Shown piece by piece: positions 1-8,138 of a DNA stretch of 64,000 nucleotides. The notes beneath the pieces are model-generated. The model was given only the letters and a program-made list of their open reading frames with translations, searched no databases and had not been told where the DNA came from. This DNA is from Alphaproteobacteria bacterium (GTDB lineage: Bacteria; Pseudomonadota; Alphaproteobacteria; JAOXRX01), in NCBI GenBank assembly GCA_025800285.1, contig JAOXRX010000037.1:144150-208149 (forward strand). Direction: 5' to 3'. Every line of letters begins with the position of its first letter. The first letter of the stretch is position 1. A program made the translations under genes and the position numbers.

Positions 1-602
1 AAGTCATTAAAATCTAATGTTACAACAATAAAAAATATTCTCTTCTTATTATGTATAGCTAAATTTGGAATAACAGTCTCTGCTTTTTCTAAAGGTAGAT
101 CTAAATATTTTAAATTAATAAAAGCATCCAAATCAACAAAAAAAGTTTTTTTCAACAAAGATATATTATGATATGCACATTTGTTCTCAGATTTACTCAA
201 AGGTAGTTTTATATTTGATATATTATTAAAGAAACTTCTCTTGTTCAATATTATTCTCTGCTTATCAAAATCATATTTTTCTATATACAAGGATTTAACA
301 AATCTATAAATATGTGGGTTTGTCTTTTTATTTTTTAATAAAGACTCTTTTAACTTATTTCTATATTTTTCTCTTTCAATTTCATTGCTAAATAGTAATT
401 TATTCTCTTCACAAGATTTTATAGCTATATAATCATCTAAAAAAGATCTATCATCCAAAAGATAAGAGTCTGAAAACTTAACAAAAGTATCAATTATATT
501 ACCTATTTTTGGTTGATATACCTTATCATTAGTTTCTTCTTGAGCAAAACTCGATGTAAGTGTTAATAATAATAAAACTATTATCAAAAAAGTTTTTTTC
601 AT
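1..602 (-). CDS. hypothetical secreted protein (C-terminal part lies beyond the window start)
   Basis: Minus-strand frame is open from ATG (602-600) to position 1. It is missing from the ORF track because it is truncated. N-terminus MKKTFLIIVLLLLTLTSSFAQ looks like a Sec signal peptide. No family recognised. Confidence 0.45.
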   Translation of the reverse strand, partial: MKKTFLIIVLLLLTLTSSFAQEETNDKVYQPKIGNIIDTFVKFSDSYLLDDRSFLDDYIAIKSCEENKLLFSNEIEREKYRNKLKESLLKNKKTNPHIYRFVKSLYIEKYDFDKQRIILNKRSFFNNISNIKLPLSKSENKCAYHNISLLKKTFFVDLDAFINLKYLDLPLEKAETVIPNLAIHNKKRIFFIVVTLDFND

Positions 603-679
603 ATGTTCTCCATTTTTATTTGATTAATATTTAATTTATTATATAATACACATAACACAAATAAACAAGAAAAAACATT

Positions 680-1144
680 ATGAAAAAAGATAAAAGATAT
701 TATAAATTACTCCCTTTATCGGAGTCTTTATCAAGAATTTACAAAAAAAACTCAAAGAACAATGATTATCAATTTCTAAATTTAATCAAGAATTGGGATA
801 AAATTGTAGGTAAAGAATACTCTAAAATATTAAAACCTATAAAAGTAATATCAAAAACTTCATCATTAGTTGTTATGTCTGATAGAAATTTTTCTTTAGA
901 AGCAAAATATATTTCTCCAATGCTTATTGAAAAAATAAATATTTTCTATGGTTATAAAAGCTTTAAAAAAATAGAGTTTGTTTTTAAGGACAAAAGTTTA
1001 AAAACAAATCAAAAACCTATTATTATACCAAGTGAATTAAAAAATAAGATTGAAGAAAAAGTTTGCAATATAGAGAATGATGATTTAAAAATAGCTTTAG
1101 AGAGATTAGGAAAATCAATGGCACAAAGAGGAAAATTAAAATGA
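680..1144 (+). CDS. DUF721 / DciA-like protein
   Basis: 154 aa with the pattern W..IVG......P..I....L.V.......LE......I...IN, typical of DUF721. It sits directly upstream of a DsbA-like gene with a 4-nt overlap, a pairing common in alphaproteobacteria. Confidence 0.55.
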   Translation: MKKDKRYYKLLPLSESLSRIYKKNSKNNDYQFLNLIKNWDKIVGKEYSKILKPIKVISKTSSLVVMSDRNFSLEAKYISPMLIEKINIFYGYKSFKKIEFVFKDKSLKTNQKPIIIPSELKNKIEEKVCNIENDDLKIALERLGKSMAQRGKLK

Positions 1145-1716
1145 TAAAAAAAATAATATTAACACTAGCTTTAATTATACTATGTAAAAATTCTTTTGCA
1201 ATAAATAATAATATAATGATTGGAGAAAAAAATGCTCCTGTAAAAATCAAAGTATATTATTCTATGGCTTGCTATCCTTGTAAAAAATTTCACACAGAAA
1301 TAGCTCCTCAAATAGAGAGAGACTTTATAGTAGATAATAAAGCATCACTAGAGTATGTTCCTTATCCTTTAGATTATGCCTCTATAGGTGTGGAAGCTAT
1401 TCTATCTTGCATACCTGATGCTAGAGACCATTACAATGCTATGAGTGCTATGTTTGAGCATCAAGAAGATTGGACTTATGCTGATGATAGGTTTAATACT
1501 ATATCAGAAGTTCTTTCACCATATATATCAAGAGAAAGAATATATGAATGTCAAAAAGATAAGAAATCATTTGTAGAGTTTCTAAAAAGAATTGATGAAT
1601 ATAAGCAAAAAAAAGTAGTTAGAGGTACTCCAACTATTTATATAAATGGGAAACCATTTAAAGGCAGCTTAATTTATAAAGATATAAAATCTCAAATTAA
1701 TTCTGCCTTAAAATAA
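1141..1716 (+). CDS. DsbA-family periplasmic thiol:disulfide oxidoreductase
   Basis: Signal peptide (MIKKIILTLALIILCKNSFA), CxxC active site (ACYPCKKFH) and C-terminal GTPTIYINGK motif of the thioredoxin fold. Confidence 0.7.
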   Translation: MIKKIILTLALIILCKNSFAINNNIMIGEKNAPVKIKVYYSMACYPCKKFHTEIAPQIERDFIVDNKASLEYVPYPLDYASIGVEAILSCIPDARDHYNAMSAMFEHQEDWTYADDRFNTISEVLSPYISRERIYECQKDKKSFVEFLKRIDEYKQKKVVRGTPTIYINGKPFKGSLIYKDIKSQINSALK

Positions 1717-1719
1717 ATA

Positions 1720-2973
1720 CTAATATATTGGGAAGTTATCACACATATTGATAACTTTTGATCTAGTTGTTTTTATAACTTTCTTTTCTTTAGATGTTCC
1801 AACAGCTTTTAGAACATTAGAAATCATAACGGCAATTTTTTTAAATTCTTTTTCTTTAAATCCTCTAGTTGTTCCAGCAGGAGTTCCAAGTCTTATACCA
1901 GATGTTACAAATGGAGATTCAGGATCATTTGGAATAGTGTTTTTATTACAAGTTAGTCCTGCTTCTTCAAGAGCTTTCTCTGCTTTTTTACCAGTTAGTT
2001 TTACACTTCTTAAATCAACAAGAACAATATGAGAATCTGTACCCTCTGATACAACATTAACTCCATTTTCTTGTAAAGTTTTAGCTAACATCTTTGAATT
2101 TTTTAAAACTTGTTTCTGATATTTTTTAAAGCTTGTTTTTAAAGCTTCGCCAAAACAAACCGCCTTACCAGCTATAACATGCTCTAAAGGACCGCCTTGC
2201 AGTCCAGGAAATATTGCAGAATTTATTTTCTTAGTTAAGTCTTTATTATTCCATAAAATTAAGCCACCTCTAGGACCTCTTAGAGTCTTATGAGTAGTTG
2301 ATGTAACAACATCTGCATACTTCATAGGAGAATCATAAATATTTGCAGCTATAAGCCCTGCATAATGAGCCATATCAACCATTAAATAAGCACCAACACT
2401 ATCTGCTATTTCTCTAAACTTTTTAAAATCAATTTGTCTAGAGTAAGCAGAGGCTCCTGCAATAATTAATTTTGGTTTGTGTTTTTTAGCAAGCTTTTCA
2501 ACTTCTTCATAATTCAAGAAACCATCATCATTTACACCATAAGATACAGGTTTAAACCATTTCCCAGACATATTAACAGGACAGCCATGAGTTAAATGTC
2601 CACCATTATCAAGAGACATTCCTAAAATTTTATCTCCTGGATTTAAAAGAGCTAAAAAAACGGCTTGATTTGCTTGAGAACCAGAATTAGGCTGAACATT
2701 AGCATATTTACATCCAAACAATTCACAAACTCTATCTATAGCTAATTGCTCAATATTATCAACGAACTCACAACCACCGTAATATCTTTTACCAGGATAG
2801 CCTTCTGCATACTTATTAGTTAAAATAGATCCTTGAGCCTCCATAACAGCTTTCGATACTAAGTTCTCAGAAGCTATTAATTCGATTCCATCTCTTTGCC
2901 TTTTGAACTCTTTTTTAATATTTTTATATACAGCTTTATCAGCTAATTTTAAACCTCTTGTAAAAAATCTCAT
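1720..2973 (-). CDS. glyA: serine hydroxymethyltransferase
   Basis: 417 aa. PLP-lysine motif [16 protein letters not shown]; N-terminal [10 protein letters not shown]. Confidence 0.95.
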   Translation of the reverse strand: MRFFTRGLKLADKAVYKNIKKEFKRQRDGIELIASENLVSKAVMEAQGSILTNKYAEGYPGKRYYGGCEFVDNIEQLAIDRVCELFGCKYANVQPNSGSQANQAVFLALLNPGDKILGMSLDNGGHLTHGCPVNMSGKWFKPVSYGVNDDGFLNYEEVEKLAKKHKPKLIIAGASAYSRQIDFKKFREIADSVGAYLMVDMAHYAGLIAANIYDSPMKYADVVTSTTHKTLRGPRGGLILWNNKDLTKKINSAIFPGLQGGPLEHVIAGKAVCFGEALKTSFKKYQKQVLKNSKMLAKTLQENGVNVVSEGTDSHIVLVDLRSVKLTGKKAEKALEEAGLTCNKNTIPNDPESPFVTSGIRLGTPAGTTRGFKEKEFKKIAVMISNVLKAVGTSKEKKVIKTTRSKVINMCDNFPIY

Positions 2974-2987
2974 TAACTATTTCTCCT

Positions 2988-3425
2988 TTATATTTTATCT
3001 ATTCTTTTTTGATGTCTTCCTTTTGCAAAATTCGTATTTAGAAATGTCTGCATTATATTAATTGCATCTTCTGAGCTTGTAATTCTAGCTCCAAGAACTA
3101 AAACATTTGCATCATTATGTTCTCTTGATAACTTTGCCATTTCAGAATCTAAACAAAGAGCTGCTCTGATAATTTTATGTCTATTTGCAGCTATAGACAT
3201 TCCTATTCCAGTTCCACAAATTAAAATACCTTTTGGAGCCTTGTTTAACTTAATTAAACTACATAATTTATTTGCATAGTCGGGGTAATCAACAGATTCT
3301 CCCGATTTATAAGTTCCGCAATCATGAACTTCGTATTTATTTTCTTCTAGAAATTTTATCAACTCTTTTTTTAAATCAAAACCTGCATGATCAGAGCCTA
3401 TTAATATTTTTTTATTTTTAAACAT
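2988..3425 (-). CDS. rpiB: ribose-5-phosphate isomerase B
   Basis: 145 aa, LacA/B-RpiB family. Motifs GSDHAGFDLK and CGTGIGMSIAANR. Confidence 0.9.
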   Translation of the reverse strand: MFKNKKILIGSDHAGFDLKKELIKFLEENKYEVHDCGTYKSGESVDYPDYANKLCSLIKLNKAPKGILICGTGIGMSIAANRHKIIRAALCLDSEMAKLSREHNDANVLVLGARITSSEDAINIMQTFLNTNFAKGRHQKRIDKI

Positions 3426-3490
3426 GATTAACTCCTGGATATTATTTTATAGATATTATTCTCTTTGCAAAAAATAATCAAGTTAAAAAA

Positions 3491-4162
3491 TTAGTCCCAA
3501 ATAGAATCTTTTATTTTTTCTAACATTTTCTTATGAGCCTCTAACTCTTCACTACTTATTTCGAATCTTCTAGGCTCTTTAAAATCTCTTTTTACACTAC
3601 TTGTTAAAAAAGTTTTCTTATTATTATTTTCCGATTCTTTTAAAAACTCAGGTTGCTTACCACCACAAAGCTCCAAATAAACTTCTGATAATAACCTAGC
3701 ATCTAAAAGAGCTCCATGAAGAACACGATTCGAATTATCTATACCAAATCTTCTACAAAGAGCATCAAGATTTGCAGGGGACCCTGGAAACTTTTGTCTA
3801 GCAATTAAAAGAGTATCTACAATTTTATTTTCTAACTTTTTATAGCCAATATTTTCTAACTCATAATTTAAGAATTTCATATCAAACTCAGCATTATGAA
3901 TAACTAGTGGAGAATCACCTATAAATTCAATAAACTCTTTAGATACTTGTGAGAATATAGGCTTATCTGCTAAGAACTCATTTGTTAATCCATGGATTCT
4001 AATAGTTTCTTCAGGAACTTCTCTTTCTGGATTTATATATAAATGACATACATTTTCTGTAGGCACATGGTTTATTAACTCTACGCAACCTATTTCAACT
4101 ATTTTATCTCCTGTAAAAGGATCAAATCCTGTGGTTTCTGTATCTAAGGCAATTTCTCTCAT
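3491..4162 (-). CDS. dnaQ: DNA polymerase III epsilon subunit (3'-5' exonuclease)
   Basis: Exo motifs DTETTG, VIHNAEFDMKFL and HGALLDARLLSEVY. Confidence 0.9.
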   Translation of the reverse strand: MREIALDTETTGFDPFTGDKIVEIGCVELINHVPTENVCHLYINPEREVPEETIRIHGLTNEFLADKPIFSQVSKEFIEFIGDSPLVIHNAEFDMKFLNYELENIGYKKLENKIVDTLLIARQKFPGSPANLDALCRRFGIDNSNRVLHGALLDARLLSEVYLELCGGKQPEFLKESENNNKKTFLTSSVKRDFKEPRRFEISSEELEAHKKMLEKIKDSIWD

Positions 4163-4319
4163 AAAAAAATTTATAAATCATTTAAATATTATATTCAAGG
4201 AAAAATTTTATTAAAAAAATTATTAACTAACAATCCATACAATTAATATAAATATATTTTATATTTTTTGTTTATTTAGTTTGTACTGTTAATTATGGTG
4301 ATTATTTTTTATGAACAGT

Positions 4320-4527
4320 TTATCCACAATATAATAAACATGTGTTTATATCAAATATATATTAGATTATAAGGTTTTTTTATAAAAAGTTATCTTTTAT
4401 ACCTCTTTGTTAATTCTTTTATTCACTTGTTTATAAAAAAATAATTTTTTGTTTGTAAGAGTGGTTTTTTCCACTTTTCCTTAGTTTTTACTAATTAAGT
4501 AAAATTTTATTCACAAAGTTATACACA
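4320..4527 (+). promoter_or_regulatory. DnaA-box cluster in the dnaQ-dnaA intergenic region (candidate oriC or dnaA autoregulatory region)
   Basis: Perfect TTATCCACA at 4320-4328. One-mismatch boxes TTATTCACA (4507-4515) and TTATACACA (4519-4527), all in the same orientation, inside a 443-bp AT-rich spacer. Confidence 0.45.
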
Positions 4528-4605
4528 GAAAAAAACATTGATTTTTTTTTATTTATAATATATAGATTACTATTAAAGAGTGTAAAAAGAAGGGAATCGC
4601 TAAAA

Positions 4606-5934
4606 ATGTCACTTGATAATAAATGGAATGAAGCAAAAAATATCTTAAAAAGAGACTTAGGCGATACTTTGTACTCAAGATGGATTGAACCAATAAATGT
4701 GTGCCAACAAGTTCAAGATACTATATTAATGGCTGTTCCGACAAATTTTATGAAAACATGGATTGTTAGTAACTATATAGATAATATTGTTTCTAGCTGG
4801 AAGGATATTGACGATTCTGTAGTAAATATCGATTTTATGGTTATGGATGATTTTAAATCAGCAGATAATACAGAATCGAAGGAAGAAGTTGTAGAAGAAA
4901 AAGAAACAATAAAATTTGATATATCTTTGGATGAAAGTTTAAAATTCGAAAATTTTGTTGTAGGTAAGACAAATGAATTTGCTTATTCTGCAGCAAAAAG
5001 AATCGCAAATTCTGATAAAGTTGATTTTAATCCTCTGTTTTTATATGGAGGAGTTGGTCTTGGAAAAACTCATTTAATGAATGCTATCGCTTGGGAGATT
5101 AAAGAAAAATTCCCTAAGAAAAAAATTGCATATATGTCCGCTGAGAATTTTATGTATCAGTTTATTAATGCTCTTAGAGGCAATAATGCTATGGATTTTA
5201 AAAATAATTTCAGATCTGTAGATGTTTTAATGATTGATGATATTCAATTTATTTGTGGAAAAGATTCTACTCAAGAAGAATTTTTTCATACATTTAACTC
5301 GTTGGTAGATCAAAATAAACAGATAATAATATCTGCGGATAAAAGTCCTTCAGATTTGGAAGGTATGGAGTTAAGATTAAAAACTAGACTTGGATGGGGA
5401 TTAGTTGCAGACATTCATCCTACAACTTATGAGTTAAGATTAGGTATTTTACAATCAAAATTAGAAGGTTTTAGTATTCCTGTTCCTGATGATGTCCTAG
5501 ATTTCTTAGCTGATAACATTACTTCAAATGTTAGAGAGTTAGAAGGAGCTCTAAATAGAGTTGTAGCACATAGTGAACTAGTTGGTCGTCCAGTTACTAT
5601 AGCAAGTTCTAAAGAGCTTTTAAGTGATATATTAAGGTCAAATAGTCAGAAAGTTACGGTTGAAGAAATTCAAAAAGCTGTTTCAAACCATTATAATATT
5701 AAAAATTCAGAGATGCAATCTGATAGAAGAAGTAGAAATGTGGCTAGACCTAGACAAGTTGCGATGTATTTATCTAAACAAATGACCTCTTATTCTTTGC
5801 CAGAAATCGGTAGAAAATTTGGTGGTAGAGATCATACAACAGTTATGCATGCAATAAAAACTATTAATAATCTTAAAGTTGAGAATGCAAGTATTAAAGA
5901 AGATATAGAAATAATTACTCGTAATCTTGGATAA
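4606..5934 (+). CDS. dnaA: chromosomal replication initiator DnaA
   Basis: 442 aa. Walker A GGVGLGKTHL, MIDDIQF box, C-terminal DNA-binding signature IGRKFGGRDHTTVMHA. Confidence 0.97.
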   Translation: MSLDNKWNEAKNILKRDLGDTLYSRWIEPINVCQQVQDTILMAVPTNFMKTWIVSNYIDNIVSSWKDIDDSVVNIDFMVMDDFKSADNTESKEEVVEEKETIKFDISLDESLKFENFVVGKTNEFAYSAAKRIANSDKVDFNPLFLYGGVGLGKTHLMNAIAWEIKEKFPKKKIAYMSAENFMYQFINALRGNNAMDFKNNFRSVDVLMIDDIQFICGKDSTQEEFFHTFNSLVDQNKQIIISADKSPSDLEGMELRLKTRLGWGLVADIHPTTYELRLGILQSKLEGFSIPVPDDVLDFLADNITSNVRELEGALNRVVAHSELVGRPVTIASSKELLSDILRSNSQKVTVEEIQKAVSNHYNIKNSEMQSDRRSRNVARPRQVAMYLSKQMTSYSLPEIGRKFGGRDHTTVMHAIKTINNLKVENASIKEDIEIITRNLG

Positions 5935-6011
5935 AAAGTATATCCTTATCTTAATTAAGTTAAAGTGTTAATATAAAAAAACTTGACAAAAGGAATTTAA
6001 TCCTATATAAG

Positions 6012-6084
6012 ATTGGTTGAAAACAGTTGTTTTCATTTGAGTTTAAAGATAAAAGCTCTCGATTAATTCGAGGGCTTATTTTTT
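6012..6084 (+). ncRNA. candidate small RNA or terminator-type leader (promoter, hairpin, intrinsic terminator)
   Basis: TTGACA (5983-5988), 17 nt, TATAAG (6006-6011). Perfect hairpin GAAAAC-AGTT-GTTTTC (6019-6034). Stem 6053-6077 followed by ATTTTTT. It ends just before the AGGAGG RBS of the 6100 ORF. Confidence 0.3.
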
Positions 6085-6099
6085 ATATAGGAGGAAAAA

Positions 6100-6315
6100 A
6101 TGGAAGAAAAAAACTTTTTAAAATCAAAAACTATGATTGGAGCTTTTGTAGCTTTATTTGCTTTAATATTATCAAATTTGTTTGGGTATGAAATATCTGT
6201 AGAAGATAAGACTCAAATTACAGAAATAATTATCACCTCTATAGGTTCTGCGGGTGCATTATTTGCTATGTACGGCAGAGTTAAGGCAACAAAGAAAGTC
6301 TCTTTAAAAAAATAA
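6100..6315 (+). CDS. small two-TM membrane protein, function unknown
   Basis: 71 aa with a strong RBS (AGGAGGAAAAAATG) and two hydrophobic segments. No family recognised. Confidence 0.4.
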   Translation: MEEKNFLKSKTMIGAFVALFALILSNLFGYEISVEDKTQITEIIITSIGSAGALFAMYGRVKATKKVSLKK

Positions 6316-6377
6316 TTTGCTGACTTTTATATTTTTTTATGTTAATCTTTATCTTGTTTAAAAGAAGGGAGTTTATT

Positions 6378-7079
6378 ATGAAAAAAATTAAATATTTAGT
6401 GCTACTATTAGTCTTATTACTGTTGTTGGTTATTGGCTTTTTGTTCTCACCATTATTTCCTAGATATCTTGCAAAGGGAATTGAACATTTTGGTAGTAAA
6501 GCTATGAAAACAGATGTTAGTCTAGAAAAAATTGATTTAAGTATTTTAGATGGATCTATATCATTACAAAATCTTGAAATCTCAAGTCCAGAAGGATTCT
6601 CTAGCAAGGCCTTTAGATTGGATAATGTTTTTGTTGATTTAGATATAAAATCTGTTTTTAAAGAAGTTATAGTTATAGATTCTATATTAATGCAGTCTCC
6701 AAAAATAACACTTGAAAAACAAGGTAGAAACCTTAATGCTTTATTAAAAGGTATGGAGCCTAAAAAAGAAATTAAGGAAACAAAGGAAACTTCTAAAAAA
6801 GATGAAGTGGTTACAGCTGAAAAGAAAGTTATTATAAAAAGTTTATTAGTACAGGATGCTAAAGTGGCTGTAGGAGATACTTTTAATATTAACTTACCAG
6901 ATATATCTATTAAAGATTTGGGTGAAGAGAAGGAACCTTTAAAAGCTTCAACAGCTTTATATGATGTTTTGAGCATTGTTTCAAAAGATTCTCTAGGAGC
7001 TCTTGCTTCAAAAGGTAAAGAAACATTAAAAGATATAGAAGATACAGCAAAAGATTTTATAAAAGGATTTTTTAAATAG
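6378..7079 (+). CDS. AsmA-family N-terminal-domain-like membrane-anchored protein
   Basis: Start moved to MKKIKYL (RBS AAGGGAG upstream). N-terminal anchor LVLLLVLLLLLVIGF. The pattern VSLEKIDLSILDGSISLQNLEISSPEGFSS...ITLEKQGRNLN resembles the AsmA N-terminus. Intrinsic terminator follows at 7085-7112. Confidence 0.5.
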   Translation: MKKIKYLVLLLVLLLLLVIGFLFSPLFPRYLAKGIEHFGSKAMKTDVSLEKIDLSILDGSISLQNLEISSPEGFSSKAFRLDNVFVDLDIKSVFKEVIVIDSILMQSPKITLEKQGRNLNALLKGMEPKKEIKETKETSKKDEVVTAEKKVIIKSLLVQDAKVAVGDTFNINLPDISIKDLGEEKEPLKASTALYDVLSIVSKDSLGALASKGKETLKDIEDTAKDFIKGFFK

Positions 7080-7084
7080 AAAAA

Positions 7085-7112
7085 AGAGCAGTTGAAAAAC
7101 TGCTCTTTTTTT
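7085..7112 (+). terminator. rho-independent terminator
   Basis: AGAGCAG-TTGAAAAA-CTGCTCT followed by a T7 run. Confidence 0.75.
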
Positions 7113-7246
7113 GTTATTTATTGAAAACGGAGTATTTTTCTTTTAATAACTTATAAATCAGAAATATTTTTAGCAAAGAGAAAAAGAAAACTAGCAGTTT
7201 AAAACTTCGCTAGATTTTTTAAAAATAAAATTGATTTAATTTAAAA

Positions 7247-7323
7247 TGGTAGCAAGGGAGGGATTTGAACCCCCGACACAAGGATTATGATTCCTCTGCT
7301 CTAACCAACTGAGCTACCCTGCC
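7247..7323 (-). tRNA. tRNA with CAT anticodon (elongator Met or lysidine-modified Ile2)
   Basis: Minus strand reads GGCAGGGTAGCTCAGTTGGTTAGAGCAGAGGAATCATAATCCTTGTGTCGGGGGTTCAAATCCCTCCCTTGCTACCA. It folds as a cloverleaf with anticodon loop ATCATAA and an encoded CCA. Confidence 0.9.
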
Positions 7324-7390
7324 ACGAGTATTTTGTATTAGCGAATATACTATGCTAATACGAAATAGTCAAGCTTTTTTTGAAAAATTA

Positions 7391-7645
7391 TTAATCTATA
7401 GATCTTTTAATTTTAAAACTTAGTTGTTTATGTTTTATTGTTGCTTTTAACAAGCCCCATGACATAATCATTATTCCCCATAAAAAACCAAACAAAGTTG
7501 AGATTAAAACAACCATATATAAAGGCATTTTGTATGCAGATTCTAAAGGAAACATAGAAACATCAACAACAGTTCTGTTGCTTATAGCAAAAATTGCTAT
7601 AATAAATATGAGAATTAATGAAAAAATAGAGGAAATTATTCTCAT
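7391..7645 (-). CDS. LapA/DUF1049-family inner-membrane protein
   Basis: 84 aa with two TM segments, immediately downstream of ihfB. This is the conserved ihfB-lapA arrangement. Confidence 0.6.
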   Translation of the reverse strand: MRIISSIFSLILIFIIAIFAISNRTVVDVSMFPLESAYKMPLYMVVLISTLFGFLWGIMIMSWGLLKATIKHKQLSFKIKRSID

Positions 7646-7647
7646 AG

Positions 7648-7926
7648 TTATTTATTTATTCTTTCTTTTAATAATTTACCAGATTTGAAAAATGGGACTG
7701 TTTTTTCCTCCACCATTACAGCCTCTCCTGTCTTAGGATTTCTAGATTTTCTAGCATTTCTCAACCTAGTAGAAAAAATGCCGAAACCACGAAGTTCAAC
7801 TCTTTTTTTATTTTTAAGAGCTTTAATAATTTCTGATAATATAGTATTAACTATCAATTCTGAATCAGAAATTGATAAATGTGGATTCTTTTCTGCCATT
7901 TTTTCAATTATGTTAGATTTTTTCAT
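7648..7926 (-). CDS. ihfB: integration host factor beta subunit
   Basis: 92 aa, HU/IHF fold. Motifs RVELRGFGIF and the arm [11 protein letters not shown]. Confidence 0.85.
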   Translation of the reverse strand: MKKSNIIEKMAEKNPHLSISDSELIVNTILSEIIKALKNKKRVELRGFGIFSTRLRNARKSRNPKTGEAVMVEEKTVPFFKSGKLLKERINK

Positions 7927-8138
7927 AAAACACCTCTCTTATATATAAATGTTAGTACATAAAACACCAAAAATCAAGGGGTTTTTCTCTTTTCTTAATT
8001 CTGTGTTAATATTTTATTGAAAGTTGAAATTTTATTAAATGCTTATTTGTTGGCTTATCGCTATATTTATGAGATTGACTTTTATATATGCTTGTTCTAT
8101 ATATTATATATAGAATTTTATTTATAAAGGAAAAATAT

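Noticed and set aside
6281-6976. 231-aa minus-strand ORF antisense to the AsmA-like gene
   Set aside because: It has low-complexity Ser/Leu/Phe composition and no RBS. The plus-strand ORF has an RBS, a signal anchor, a recognisable family pattern and its own terminator, so this is a shadow ORF.
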